A stretch of DNA of 64,000 nt from Actinomycetota bacterium (lineage in GTDB: Bacteria > Actinomycetota > Geothermincolia > Fen-727 > JAQUKT01). A model generated the notes under the pieces. That model was not told the origin of the DNA and ran no database searches. It saw only the letters and a program-made list of their open reading frames with translations. Below are positions 1 through 10,496 of the stretch, piece by piece. Made by a program: the position numbers and the translations under genes. The DNA lies in assembly GCA_028718945.1 (NCBI GenBank), contig JAQUKT010000001.1:11997-75996 (forward strand), read 5' to 3'. Numbering within the stretch: the stretch's first letter is position 1; each line of letters begins with the position of its first letter.

Positions 1-7
1 GCTTGCC

Positions 8-787
8 CTAATCCCCCCTGTTCCATGCAGTCATACGCAGCACACAGGCTAAAAAAAGCAAAACTCCAAAAGCAATCAAAACGAGTGATGATATCAGAGG
101 TCCAAAATAATCCTTGAAGCCAAGCCCACATCTGATAAGGTCGGTAGCATAGGAAACGGGACTGAACCAGGAAACTATCCTTGCCCAGTGAGGAAGTTCG
201 AAAATTGGAACAAATATTCCGCTCATGAACATCATGGGAAGCCGGATGAGATTCAAAAGAAGCATGACGTTCTGCGGCTGCTTTGAACCAAAAGTAGAAA
301 TCAGTGTTCCCATGTTCGCAATTGAAGCATTACCAATAAATATGCCTAAAAACAATACCCACGCATTTGAAACTCTCGAGCCGAAGAAAAGGATTCCCAA
401 TAAAAGGGGAACAACGGACATAATCAACCCAAAAACCACCGCAGATATTGTTTTGCCAAGAGCGAGCGCAGAAACGGAAACAGGCGCAAAAAGAATGCGC
501 TCGAAAGTCCTGTTAAGTCTTTCCCATGGCATGCTGAATGGACCAACAGTCGTGGTTGAGAAAAAAAGTGTCAGCGCAATCAATCCAGGAAACAGTGCAC
601 TTGCGTCAACATTTCTCCCAACCGTGAAAGCGAAAAATATGGCAACGGGAAAAAGTATCCCAAATATCAGAATCGCGGGTTTGAAGTAATAAATCTTCAT
701 GTCCTTGATCGCTATTGAAAAGGACTTCATAAGTTCACTAAGAACTCCAGGCTTTTGGGGGACTCCCGCATCAAGCGTGACTTCCAA
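8..787 (-). CDS. ABC-2 type transporter permease (polytopic membrane protein)
   Basis: 259-aa hydrophobic ORF with about 6 predicted TM segments. Its start overlaps the stop of the upstream ABC ATPase gene, the usual exporter operon layout. Confidence 0.6.
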   Translation of the reverse strand: MEVTLDAGVPQKPGVLSELMKSFSIAIKDMKIYYFKPAILIFGILFPVAIFFAFTVGRNVDASALFPGLIALTLFFSTTTVGPFSMPWERLNRTFERILFAPVSVSALALGKTISAVVFGLIMSVVPLLLGILFFGSRVSNAWVLFLGIFIGNASIANMGTLISTFGSKQPQNVMLLLNLIRLPMMFMSGIFVPIFELPHWARIVSWFSPVSYATDLIRCGLGFKDYFGPLISSLVLIAFGVLLFLACVLRMTAWNRGD

Positions 788-1742
788 AACTTGCCTCCCT
801 GTCTGTGAGTTTGACGAAAACGTCCTCCAGCGTGGGCTTGAGTGTATTCAAGCCACAAATCCTCAAGTCATTACTAAAAGCGAAATGAAACACGCACTCA
901 ATGGCTTCTTCTGGATCTCCCGTAAAAAGTTTATAGCTATCTTTCATTGGAACAATTTTATGAAAAGGCCCCAAGGAAACCAGTTGCCTTTGCTCATTCT
1001 CATCAAGAACTCTGTTGAACTCAACCTGAATAACCTGTGCCTCAGTAGCTTCCCTTCTAAGCCTCTCGGGAGTGTCAACTGCGATTATTCTGCCGCGGTC
1101 TATTACAGCTATCCTGTTGCAGAGCTCATTCGCCTCCTCCATATTGTGGGTGGTGAGAAAAAATGTGGTCCCATGATACTTGAGATTCCTGAGGAGTTCC
1201 CGAATTTCTCGCGATGAAGAAACATCTAAACCTGAAGTGGGTTCATCGAGAAAAACAACTCTTGGCGAATGAACGATCGACATGGCAATGGCAAGCCTCC
1301 TTTTCAACCCATAGGAAAGCTGCCCCGCCTTCTTTTCCGAGTATTCACTAAGCCCCATGGTTTCAAGCAGGTCCTGCATCCTGCTCATTCTTTCCTTCCT
1401 CCCAATTCCATAGAGCGAAGCCGTAAAGAGGATGTTGGCCGTAGTGGAAATCTCGGAGAATACATTCGATACATCAGGAACAATACCTACAATTGACTTG
1501 ACTTCGATTGAATTTCGAACTGAATCAAGCCCAAAAACCCTTGCCTCTCCGGATGAGGGGCGGGTGAGATTCAAGAAAAGCCGAATTGTCGTTGTTTTTC
1601 CAGCCCCGTTAGGACCAAGAAACCCGAAAATCTCACCCTCTTCTACGCTGAATGAAATCCCATCAACAGCGGTTACTGAACCGAAGCGCTTGGTAAGATT
1701 TAGAGCTTCGAGCGCTGGAGTTCCACTTTCCTTCTCTCTCAC
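771..1742 (-). CDS. ABC transporter ATP-binding protein (ABC-2 / DrrA-like)
   Basis: Walker A GPNGAGKTTT, ABC signature LSYGLKRRL, Walker B VVFLDEPTSGLD. Translationally coupled to the permease. Confidence 0.85.
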   Translation of the reverse strand: MREKESGTPALEALNLTKRFGSVTAVDGISFSVEEGEIFGFLGPNGAGKTTTIRLFLNLTRPSSGEARVFGLDSVRNSIEVKSIVGIVPDVSNVFSEISTTANILFTASLYGIGRKERMSRMQDLLETMGLSEYSEKKAGQLSYGLKRRLAIAMSIVHSPRVVFLDEPTSGLDVSSSREIRELLRNLKYHGTTFFLTTHNMEEANELCNRIAVIDRGRIIAVDTPERLRREATEAQVIQVEFNRVLDENEQRQLVSLGPFHKIVPMKDSYKLFTGDPEEAIECVFHFAFSNDLRICGLNTLKPTLEDVFVKLTDREASFGSHA

Positions 1743-2176
1743 TTCCCGCCTTTCCTAAGCCTTCCATATCTCTTCTGAAAATCAGCAAGAAGTTCGGACA
1801 AGCCATCAAGCCCGGAAGCCCACATATCAAGCGCCTCGTAACCGTCATCAGTGAGTGAATACACCTTTCGGGGTGGACCGGAAGTTGACTCCTCGAGAGA
1901 ACTCGTCATGAGTCCTTCCTCCTCCATAGATTTGAGCATTCTGTAAAGAACTGAAGGATCAGCGCAAAACCCCTTTGGCATGGATTCTCTAAAAGAACGG
2001 GCAATCTCATACCCATGAGAAGGCCCCTCAGCGAGGAAAAGCAAGATAAAGGCACGCGCAAGCCGGCGTGGAATCCCATCCGCGCAATCAGATACCAAGG
2101 CGTGTGAGCCTCGAGAGTGCCCGTGCGGATGCATACAAAATTTCTCATCCGATTTCTCGTTTTTGTACATATCCAA
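1739..2176 (-). CDS. PadR family transcriptional regulator
   Basis: 145 aa. Winged-helix region (HGYEIARSF...SVLYRMLKSMEEEGL) typical of PadR. First gene of a padR-ABC operon. Confidence 0.7.
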   Translation of the reverse strand: MDMYKNEKSDEKFCMHPHGHSRGSHALVSDCADGIPRRLARAFILLFLAEGPSHGYEIARSFRESMPKGFCADPSVLYRMLKSMEEEGLMTSSLEESTSGPPRKVYSLTDDGYEALDMWASGLDGLSELLADFQKRYGRLRKGGK

Positions 2177-2213
2177 TCACCCCCAACATGGTGTAGTGAT
2201 AGTATACTAATAG

Positions 2214-2226
2214 TGACAATTTGTCA
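2214..2226. promoter_or_regulatory. Palindrome TGACAA-T-TTGTCA immediately upstream of padR start; candidate PadR operator
   Basis: Inverted repeat seen directly in the sequence about 40 nt upstream of the padR ATG. PadR proteins typically autoregulate through such dyads. Confidence 0.3.
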
Positions 2227-2511
2227 ATAGCTTAAACTTCATTTCACCAAACAGAGCTGCACATTTAGAAATATTCCGTTTTCCAATGCCTACCGGCATT
2301 CCATGCGATACTTGAAGCAAAAATACTCAATCATGATATTCTATTCTTAGGAAAGCTTTCATGTCTCTTTTCAAGTCCGCCTCTTACATCCCATGCTCGT
2401 CATCCAAGTCAAAAGAAAGGCTTTGAAGATGCCAGCAACCATCTATGAATGAACCACTCGATCCTGTGTTATAATTCATTACGGATTTTCGCTCCTCATA
2501 GGACCTAATAG

Positions 2512-4140
2512 ATGAAAATGGATAACATCCCAATTGAAGATAGAAAAGCAATAGAACTGGGCATGAATCAGTTTGTTTATAGTGCCCTCGAAAATCTCAA
2601 GAAAAGGCGAGAGATAATAAACTTCCTCAACGTTTTTCCAGTTCCCGATGGAGACACCGGAACAAACATGTACGTTACCCTTCTTTCATGCTTCGAGGAG
2701 CTGAAAAACCGCAACGAACGCCCGATAAATGAACGCCTGAAGGGCATGCTTGATGGAGCAATCAAAGGTTCCCGGGGGAACTCAGGATTCATCCTCGCTC
2801 AATTCATTGAAGGGGCAATAAATGCTCTTGCTGACGGAGAATCAAAACCACTCTACGATGCAGCCCTCCTGACTGAATCAATAGAGCAGGGAGCAAAGGT
2901 TGCACGCGAATCGGTTCTTGAGCCCCTTGAAGGCACAATTCTGACTGTGCTTTCTGACATCGCCGCAAGTCTCAAAAGGGGGAAGCCTGAAAACATTTGT
3001 TTGCTTGTAAAGACAGCTCACGAAGAAGCATGCGAATCCCTCAGGCGAACACCGCTGATTCTAAAACCCCTTGCAGAAGCGGGAGTTGTTGATTCTGGTG
3101 GAGCAGGCATAGTTGCGATTCTTGAGGGTTTGATGGAAGCACTCGAATGCCCCTTTGAGTGCTTTGAGTGGAAAAGCTATGAGAAAATGGTGTCTCTACC
3201 ATCATACGATGGGCCAAAATGGGAAGTAGAATTCACGCTCGACATCAAGGCTGACAAAGCGAAGGCAAGAGCAAAACTCCTCGACGCCCTAAAGAAAACC
3301 GGTGAATCAGTGGTAGTCGCCGGCTCGAACCCTTTGAAGGTTCACGTCCACTGCGATCAACATGAGGAAATACTTTCTTTCGCGCGTACTCTCGGGAATA
3401 TCCGAGACCTGGATTTGCAAGAATTCCCTTCAAGAAAATCGTTCAACGAGGTGAAAACGAGCGCCCCCAATAAACTGGGCGTCATCGCTTTCTCCTGTGG
3501 GCCGGGGCTATCAAGTCTTTTCGCTGACCTCGGCTGTCAGGTGATTGAATCTCTGCCCGGGGCAAGACCGGGGACTTCGAAAATTCTTGAGAAAATAGGA
3601 CTTTTAGGATCTGAGTTCATTATCATTTTGCCAAATGACCCTGATTTGATTCCGTGCGCGATAAAAGCCGCCGAAATCTCACGTTCGCAGGGTCGCAATG
3701 TAGAACTAATTCCAACGAAGTCGCCAGTTCAGGCTATTTCTGCTCTCGATGAATTCACGGAAGGTGAAGAGATTTTTGAAATATTTGAAAAAATGAAGAG
3801 AGCTGCTTCAGAAACAGACTGGGGAATGGTTGCATGGGCAATAAGGAGTGTTCGCATCTTTGGTGTTTCAATAAAGGAAGGTGAATATTTCGGAGTTGCT
3901 TCCGGGAAACCTGTCGTATCGTCAAGTAAACTAACATACGCAGTCATCGAAACCTGCAAGAAAATTTACAGCGAAGGAAAGTGCGCGTCTTTTCTTTTCA
4001 TAAGTGGAGAAGAATTGTCAGAAAACATAAGTGAAGAAATAAGAGCAGAGATTGAAAACAATTTCCCTGGTGTCAATTCTGAGTGGCTCTACGGCGGTCA
4101 GCAGTATTATCCACTGCTGATTGGCGCTCGGAAAGCGTAG
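2512..4140 (+). CDS. fakA: DAK2 domain fatty-acid kinase subunit FakA (YloV-like)
   Basis: 542 aa. DAK2 signature DGDTGTNM near the N-terminus. The adjacent DegV gene completes the FakA/FakB pair. Confidence 0.75.
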   Translation: MKMDNIPIEDRKAIELGMNQFVYSALENLKKRREIINFLNVFPVPDGDTGTNMYVTLLSCFEELKNRNERPINERLKGMLDGAIKGSRGNSGFILAQFIEGAINALADGESKPLYDAALLTESIEQGAKVARESVLEPLEGTILTVLSDIAASLKRGKPENICLLVKTAHEEACESLRRTPLILKPLAEAGVVDSGGAGIVAILEGLMEALECPFECFEWKSYEKMVSLPSYDGPKWEVEFTLDIKADKAKARAKLLDALKKTGESVVVAGSNPLKVHVHCDQHEEILSFARTLGNIRDLDLQEFPSRKSFNEVKTSAPNKLGVIAFSCGPGLSSLFADLGCQVIESLPGARPGTSKILEKIGLLGSEFIIILPNDPDLIPCAIKAAEISRSQGRNVELIPTKSPVQAISALDEFTEGEEIFEIFEKMKRAASETDWGMVAWAIRSVRIFGVSIKEGEYFGVASGKPVVSSSKLTYAVIETCKKIYSEGKCASFLFISGEELSENISEEIRAEIENNFPGVNSEWLYGGQQYYPLLIGARKA

Positions 4141-4195
4141 ATAGTGATATTTCACACAGTCCATATTTTGAAAGTAACGCAAAAGGAGAGGTTGC

Positions 4196-5035
4196 ATGCA
4201 GAAAGTTGGCATCATAACCTGTAGTGGAGGATGCATTCCCCAGAGTTTTGTAGAGGAATATGCAATAGAGGTCATTCCTCTTACTCTGATTGTGAATGAA
4301 AATGTCTACAGGGACGGGCTCGATATATCAAAGGACGAAGTATATTCCGCATTGAAAAGGGACTTTTCCTCAGTCAGCACTTCCGCGCCATCTGTGGGCG
4401 AGTACGCTCAGGCATACAGGAAGATGCTTGAGCGCTTCAGTAAAGTCCTATGCATAACAATGTCCAAAGAACTGAGCCTTTCTTTCTCTTCTGCAGTCAA
4501 AGCAGCAGAAATGGAGAAGTCAGCCCAGGTGGAGGTGCTCGATTCCGAAACAGCAACAACAGGTCAAGGGCTCGTTGCAATGCACGCAGCCAGAGTCGCG
4601 AAAGAAGGTGCAGATCTACCAGAGGTCAGGAAGGAAGCGGAAAATGTCTCACAAAAAGTAATGGTCTTAGGAGTTCTCGACACGCTTTCCTACCTCAAAA
4701 AAAGTGGAAGAGCAAAATCAATCTCGGCACTAACTGCTGAAATGTTGAACATAAAGCCTGTCTTAATAGTCGAACATGGAGATGTGCACCTTTTCGCGAA
4801 AACAATCTCAAGGCAAAGAGGATTTGAAAGAGTTATGAAATCTATCCGCGAGTACTACGAGAAAAACGGTCCAATACACCTTGGTGTCTTCCACGCTATG
4901 GCAAGAGAGGAAGCCGACAAACTCGAAGAGCGAATAAGAAAGGAAGTTGAATGCATTGATCCCTTCATGGGGGAATTCACGCCTGTGTTGGGAAAGCACA
5001 CCGGACCGGGTATTGTTGGGGCAAGCTTCTATTGA
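4196..5035 (+). CDS. fakB: DegV family fatty-acid binding protein (FakB)
   Basis: 279 aa with DegV/EDD fold features. Immediately downstream of the DAK2 protein. Confidence 0.75.
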   Translation: MQKVGIITCSGGCIPQSFVEEYAIEVIPLTLIVNENVYRDGLDISKDEVYSALKRDFSSVSTSAPSVGEYAQAYRKMLERFSKVLCITMSKELSLSFSSAVKAAEMEKSAQVEVLDSETATTGQGLVAMHAARVAKEGADLPEVRKEAENVSQKVMVLGVLDTLSYLKKSGRAKSISALTAEMLNIKPVLIVEHGDVHLFAKTISRQRGFERVMKSIREYYEKNGPIHLGVFHAMAREEADKLEERIRKEVECIDPFMGEFTPVLGKHTGPGIVGASFY

Positions 5036-5047
5036 AATCGGCTTCTC

Positions 5048-5692
5048 TCATCCACATTGAGAGCGATACTCCCTGTCATCAATCAGTCTGGAAATGATGA
5101 CCTTCTTCTTCGGGACATACATGTTTTCACTCCCAACCTCAGGACTCCCCTTGAGCCTCCTTGCAAAACCAAGAACCATGGCACCAAAAGAAAAGAAAAT
5201 CCATGGAAATGGCTCGGGACGTAGAAGAGCCATCACAGGCCAGATAATCAGAGAAAACCCGTAGTACATTGCAAGGGTTCGGGTAAGCACTGCATATAGA
5301 TAGATTCCAAGAACAATAAAACTCTCCCAGGGAAGAAAAATTAGAAAAGCAGTAAGAGTAACCGCCATTCCTCTTCCGCCCTTGAATTTAGTGAATATAG
5401 ACCAGTTGTGCCCCACGATTACAGCGAGCGCGCCAAGAGACTGAACCATGAGGGGGAAACCAAGAATCCTGAAAACAGAAAGCACCAGCCCCATTTTCGC
5501 GCAATCGAGAAAAAATACCACCACTCCCGCTAATTTTCCCACCTCTTTGGTAACATTGCTGGCACCGAGATTGCCACTCCCAATTTTCCTCAAGTCCTTC
5601 CTGGAAATCATTTCGCCCGCAATGTAGGCGAAGGGAATGGAGCCAACAATATATGAAATTACTATTGAAATGACATACCCGACGAAACGCAA
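5048..5692 (-). CDS. plsY: Glycerol-3-phosphate acyltransferase PlsY
   Basis: 214-aa membrane protein with GSGNLGASNV motif. Uses the acyl-phosphate made by FakAB. Confidence 0.85.
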   Translation of the reverse strand: MRFVGYVISIVISYIVGSIPFAYIAGEMISRKDLRKIGSGNLGASNVTKEVGKLAGVVVFFLDCAKMGLVLSVFRILGFPLMVQSLGALAVIVGHNWSIFTKFKGGRGMAVTLTAFLIFLPWESFIVLGIYLYAVLTRTLAMYYGFSLIIWPVMALLRPEPFPWIFFSFGAMVLGFARRLKGSPEVGSENMYVPKKKVIISRLIDDREYRSQCG

Positions 5693-5784
5693 AAAACCTA
5701 CCCTTTCACGAACTTGAAACTACTCTGCTTTCCACCGAAGAGAATTCCCCTTCTGCCTCATTCATTTCCAATTCCCGGACTTTT

Positions 5785-6270
5785 TCATCGCCTGATGAAA
5801 ACTCCAGATTTTCCTCCCCTTTTTTCAATTAGTCTTATGTTTCGTATCTCTACCTGACGCTCAACAGACTTGCACATATCATAGAAAGCAAGCCCCGCAA
5901 CAGCCACGGAGGTAAGTGCCTCCATCTCGACACCTGTTTTCTCAGTTGCCGAAACCCTCGACACTATTCGCACTTTGTTTTCCTCATGATTCACCTCAAA
6001 ATCAACGTCTATGCTATCAATCCTTATAGGATGGCACAAAGGAATAAGTTCAGGTGTTTTTTTTGCCGCCATTACCCCCGCTATACGTGAAATAGAAAAA
6101 ACGTCTCCCTTTGGAAGTAATCCGTCAGTAATGAGTTCAAGTGTCTCTTGCGACATTGATACATAAGCCTCAGCAACCGCTTCTCTTCTGCTTTCATGTT
6201 TTTCCCCTATATCAACCATTTTTGCTTTCCCTTCCTTACCTATGTGAGTCAAACGGGGTTTCTCAGTCAT
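5785..6270 (-). CDS. moaC: Cyclic pyranopterin monophosphate synthase MoaC
   Basis: 161 aa. Conserved GDVFSISRIAGVMAAKKT...LCHP block. Confidence 0.9.
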   Translation of the reverse strand: MTEKPRLTHIGKEGKAKMVDIGEKHESRREAVAEAYVSMSQETLELITDGLLPKGDVFSISRIAGVMAAKKTPELIPLCHPIRIDSIDVDFEVNHEENKVRIVSRVSATEKTGVEMEALTSVAVAGLAFYDMCKSVERQVEIRNIRLIEKRGGKSGVFIRR

Positions 6271-6306
6271 TCTTAGACCTCCTAAAGAGTTTTCCTGTCT
6301 TCCAAA

Positions 6307-7284
6307 TTATCCACCAATTCTCGACATATGGTCATGAACATAAGCGCCAACTTCGGGTTTGAGATTCCGTTCTTTCATCTTCCGCTCGAGTTCCTTCCGA
6401 ATTACATCACGAATAGTTTCGACCTTTGCCCCTCCCCTTATCATACTTTTTATATCAACTCCATTTTCATCGAAAAGGCAGGTCTTGAGCCTTCCATCCG
6501 CGGTGACCCTTAGTCTGTTACACGTATCGCAGATATGACAACTCACAGGAGAGATCAAACCAATTGTTCCAGGAGCGCCCCTTATCCTGTAATACTTTGC
6601 AGGTCCCCATCCCTTTTCGAAATTGATAGGCTCAACTTTAGCGAAACTCTGAATTCTTTCGAGCACCACGCTCGATGGAATGTAATACGAGCCCTTCTCC
6701 CTGAAATATGGCATGTACTCTATGAAACGAACGTGAACCGGCATCTCAAGAGCAAGTTTTACAAATGGAAGAGGGTCATCATTGATTCCAGCAAGAACAA
6801 CCACGTTGATTTTCACCGGTTTCAAACCGACCTCGATTGCTTTTTTTATTCCAAGAAGCGGACGTGAAATATCACCAACTCTGGTTATCATGCGGTAAGT
6901 ATCCGGATCAAGCGAATCGAGGCTCACATTTACTCTGTTTACACCCGATTTTTTTAGTTCCGTCGCAAATTCCGCAAGAAGCACTCCATTCGTAGTAAGA
7001 GTCACACGAACCTTTGAGGAGAGAGAATCGAGTTTCTTCAAGAACTCGGTAGCACCCTTCCTTACAAGAGGCTCCCCTCCAGTAACCCTGATTTTCCTTA
7101 TTCCATTCTTTACGGCTACATCTGTGAAAAAAAGGAGCTCCTCGTAAGTGATTATGTCCTCATGCTTAAGAGGCGGAACACCTTTTTCTGGCATGCAATA
7201 GGTGCATCTCAAGTTACATCTATCGGTGATGGATAACCTCAGATAATCAACGCGCCTCTTCACCTGGCTTTTCTCATCTTCCAT
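6307..7284 (-). CDS. moaA: GTP 3',8-cyclase MoaA (radical SAM)
   Basis: CNLRCTYCMP radical-SAM cluster motif. 325 aa with MoaA C-terminal cysteines. Confidence 0.9.
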   Translation of the reverse strand: MEDEKSQVKRRVDYLRLSITDRCNLRCTYCMPEKGVPPLKHEDIITYEELLFFTDVAVKNGIRKIRVTGGEPLVRKGATEFLKKLDSLSSKVRVTLTTNGVLLAEFATELKKSGVNRVNVSLDSLDPDTYRMITRVGDISRPLLGIKKAIEVGLKPVKINVVVLAGINDDPLPFVKLALEMPVHVRFIEYMPYFREKGSYYIPSSVVLERIQSFAKVEPINFEKGWGPAKYYRIRGAPGTIGLISPVSCHICDTCNRLRVTADGRLKTCLFDENGVDIKSMIRGGAKVETIRDVIRKELERKMKERNLKPEVGAYVHDHMSRIGG

Positions 7285-7314
7285 CCATCTATTCCTTTTT
7301 TTCGCAGATCACCA

Positions 7315-9252
7315 TCAAAGGTCAATCGGAATAAACTCACCCGCCTGCTCTAAGTCATAACCACCCAGTCTATCAACCTCATTCTTGAACTCCTCACCTT
7401 TTATCTCACGACGTATGAGGTTGAAAGCCTCTGTCTCAGTGAAGGAGCGACGACCGAGCAAATCGTACCTCTCCTTTGAAACCGGAACAAAATCGAGACT
7501 AAGAGCCTTTGCAGATGCCATCGTCCCGAGCCCCGCATCCGCCGAATCGCTTTCAACAGCAGCAGCAACAGCCATGTGAGTGAAAACCTCCCTCTCATAT
7601 CCATTTATAGATGACGGCTTGATATTTTCCTTGAACAAGAGATAATCGAGAAGAATTCTCGTGCCGCTGCCACGCTGCCTGTTTATGAAAGACAGACCTT
7701 TCCCGGCAATATCTTTCAGGCTGTTGATATTCTTCGGATTTCCCTCTTTCACGATCAAACCCTGTGTCCTCCAGCAAAGGTTCATCAGAAAAAGCCGCTC
7801 GCTTGTTTGTTTCTCTTTTATGTAAGGAACGTTGAATTCGCCGCTTTTCGGGTCAAAAAGATGTATCCCCCCCATGTGGGCATAGCCGTCGATAACCGCG
7901 GCAATTCCACCAGCACTTCCAACGTTAACGGCAGAAAAAACAAGCCCATAATTGCGAAAAAGGAGACTTGAAAGAATGTCGAGGCCGTGGTCGTTGCTTC
8001 CAATCACCAAGACAACCCTTTCCGGATCAAACTGCTCGCCTTTCAGAAAAACCTCAACTTCATCCAGGCGCTCAATCCCTTCACAGCCTCTTTTGACGCG
8101 TATATATCCATCAGAGCGGACAAGTGACATCGATATGCCAGAACCCCTCGAAAGCGGAACGGCTATCAACTCCCCGGAAACCTCCCCAACCTTCACGCCG
8201 ATGAACTCATCGAAACCAGAACGCGAGGAAATTCTTCTTGCCACCTTTGCCCTTATTACCTTTTCCTTTTCTCTTCTCCTCCCAAGAAATTCGCGGAGCA
8301 AAGGCTTTAAGAATTCCTCGGCAGCACGCCAGTTCGCAACCGGGAAACCTGGCAGCCCGAGGACAGGTTTTCCACAGGCAACACCAAGAATGACGGGTTT
8401 GCCTGGCTTCATAGCAACCCCATGAATAGAAACTTTGCCAAACTCCTCAATTATTTTCTTTGTGAAATCTTCCCTTCCAGCGGAAGTTCCCGCATTGATT
8501 ATAACCGCGTCCGAACTTTCCAGCGCATTTTCAACAGCCCTCCTGATCTCATCCCAGTCATCCGGAACCAGTTTATTTCTCAATGGAAATCCGCCAAGGT
8601 GCTCAACCAAAGATAGGAGCGCCCATGAATTGCTCTCAATCACCTTTCCCTGCTCGAGCAAACATAGGTTCTCAACGAGTTCGGTCCCGGTTGGAATAAT
8701 TGCAACAATCGGCTTCCGCCTCACTGGAATTTTTTCAAGCCCCGAATTCAGAAGAGCTCCAACATCCTGTGCCCTTACCTGATGTCCTCCTGGAAGAACC
8801 ATTTCGCCGCGCGTAATGTCCTCACCAATTGGTCTTATGTTCTGCCACGGAACAGCGGGCTTGATTATCTCTATTGAGCCACTCTCCAGTTCATTGACAT
8901 CCTCAATCATTATGACAGCGTCAAACTCGGGGGGGACAGGCTCGCCAGTGTCGATATATTGAGCATTTCGCCCCAATTCAAAAACAGCCGGATTATCCTC
9001 GCTTGCCCCGAATGTCTCTTTTGCGCGGACCGCAACCCCATCCATCGCGGAGGAATTGAATGGAGGAGAGGAAATCAAGGCAAAAAGAGATTCTGCAGTT
9101 ATTCTCCCCACGGAGTTCCTTACATCCACAAACTCGGACTCGGTGGGAAAACACACACCTTCAAGCCTGCAAAGTGAAAGCCATCTGGAAAGCGCCTCTT
9201 CAAGGGGCGTATTTTCAAGAAAGATATTTCTACGCACAACCGCTCTCCTCAA
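7315..9252 (-). CDS. moeA: Molybdopterin molybdo/tungsto-transferase MoeA fused to C-terminal periplasmic-binding-protein-like domain
   Basis: N-terminal MoeA_N/MoCF (SAMDGVAV, GTSAGREDF) and MoeA_C regions, followed by a ~230-aa PBP-like domain. 645 aa in total. Confidence 0.8.
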   Translation of the reverse strand: MRRAVVRRNIFLENTPLEEALSRWLSLCRLEGVCFPTESEFVDVRNSVGRITAESLFALISSPPFNSSAMDGVAVRAKETFGASEDNPAVFELGRNAQYIDTGEPVPPEFDAVIMIEDVNELESGSIEIIKPAVPWQNIRPIGEDITRGEMVLPGGHQVRAQDVGALLNSGLEKIPVRRKPIVAIIPTGTELVENLCLLEQGKVIESNSWALLSLVEHLGGFPLRNKLVPDDWDEIRRAVENALESSDAVIINAGTSAGREDFTKKIIEEFGKVSIHGVAMKPGKPVILGVACGKPVLGLPGFPVANWRAAEEFLKPLLREFLGRRREKEKVIRAKVARRISSRSGFDEFIGVKVGEVSGELIAVPLSRGSGISMSLVRSDGYIRVKRGCEGIERLDEVEVFLKGEQFDPERVVLVIGSNDHGLDILSSLLFRNYGLVFSAVNVGSAGGIAAVIDGYAHMGGIHLFDPKSGEFNVPYIKEKQTSERLFLMNLCWRTQGLIVKEGNPKNINSLKDIAGKGLSFINRQRGSGTRILLDYLLFKENIKPSSINGYEREVFTHMAVAAAVESDSADAGLGTMASAKALSLDFVPVSKERYDLLGRRSFTETEAFNLIRREIKGEEFKNEVDRLGGYDLEQAGEFIPIDL

Positions 9253-10496
9253 TCAATCAATTCAACAATAACTTTTTGACCTTTTTCAATTCCTTCAGAT
9301 TCCTCCTTGATACGAACGAGCCCCACAGCCTTGGACAAAGTTCCTATGAGATTTGACTTCCCCGTAACCGGCTCCGCGTAAAGTCCTCCGTCTTCCCTTA
9401 AGTAAACAGGCACGAATTCCATTCTTCCGGTAATAGAAGAAATAGATTTTGTTATCACCGCCTCCACAGTCCTGGGAGGAAGTAGAAATGATTGATTTTC
9501 TCCTCTAAGTCTCAAAAGTACGGGCTTCACAAGCTCCCTCAGTACAATGAGAGCAGATGAAGGGTTCCCTGGAAGTCCGAATGCTGGCTTACCATCACAA
9601 ATCGCGGCAATCGTCGGTTTTCCGGGTTTCAGTTTGAGACCGTGAACGAGGATTCCTGGCTTGCCGAGCCTGGAAATAACCGTAGATGTTTCATCTTTCA
9701 TTCCCATGGAACTCCCGCCACTTATGAGGAGAACATCGCATGACGAAAGGGCAATTTCCGCAACTGTAAGAATTTTCTCGAGTTTATCCTCCACTATTCC
9801 AAAATGCTCAGACTCGCAACCATAGAACTCAACCTGAGCACAGAGAGCAGGCGTGTTGATATCCCTTATCTGCCCCACACCAGGCTCCTCTTCAGGCGGA
9901 ACAATTTCATCGCCTGTGGCAATGACGCCTACCCGTGGTTTCGAATAAACCTCCACCTCTGTTACGCCAAGCCCCGCCATTGCGCCAATGTGTGAGGGGT
10001 TGAGCGCTGTTCCGCGACTTATCAAAAGCTCTCCGCAAGAAACATCCCCATCGGCACGTACTATGTTCTCCCCAGGAGCAACTCCGCGTTTTACATCAAG
10101 CATTCCCCGAGAAAGTTCCGTATCCTCAACCATAACAACCGCATCAGCGCCATCAGGAATCATGCCGCCTGTGAATACTCTCATGGCTTTGCCTGACTCA
10201 ACCGATCTGGTGGGCATGCTTCCCATTGGAACTTCCCCGAAAAGTTCGAGGGGAACCGGCTGAGACTCCCCTGCTCCAACCACATCCGAAGAGCAGACCG
10301 CAAATCCATCCATCGCCGAACGCTCAAAACCAGGAAGATCTCTCTGGGCAATCAAGTCCCTTGCAAGAACTCTCTTCAAAGACTCCGAAAGCGAAACCTT
10401 CTCGGTTCTTGGTTCGAAATCTTTGAGTTCCGAAAAAATCAAATCAAGCGCTTCGGAAACCCCGATAAGTGAAAGGAAACTTTCTGGCATAGACAC
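9249..10496 (-). CDS. moeA: Molybdopterin molybdotransferase MoeA (second paralog)
   Basis: 415 aa. SAMDGFAV, GGSSMGMKD and MoeA_C features. Overlaps the upstream moeA-PBP gene by 4 nt. Confidence 0.85.
   Translation of the reverse strand: MSMPESFLSLIGVSEALDLIFSELKDFEPRTEKVSLSESLKRVLARDLIAQRDLPGFERSAMDGFAVCSSDVVGAGESQPVPLELFGEVPMGSMPTRSVESGKAMRVFTGGMIPDGADAVVMVEDTELSRGMLDVKRGVAPGENIVRADGDVSCGELLISRGTALNPSHIGAMAGLGVTEVEVYSKPRVGVIATGDEIVPPEEEPGVGQIRDINTPALCAQVEFYGCESEHFGIVEDKLEKILTVAEIALSSCDVLLISGGSSMGMKDETSTVISRLGKPGILVHGLKLKPGKPTIAAICDGKPAFGLPGNPSSALIVLRELVKPVLLRLRGENQSFLLPPRTVEAVITKSISSITGRMEFVPVYLREDGGLYAEPVTGKSNLIGTLSKAVGLVRIKEESEGIEKGQKVIVELID

Noticed and set aside
225-689. 154-aa plus-strand ORF
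   Set aside because: Antisense to the ABC-2 permease gene, with low-complexity basic composition.
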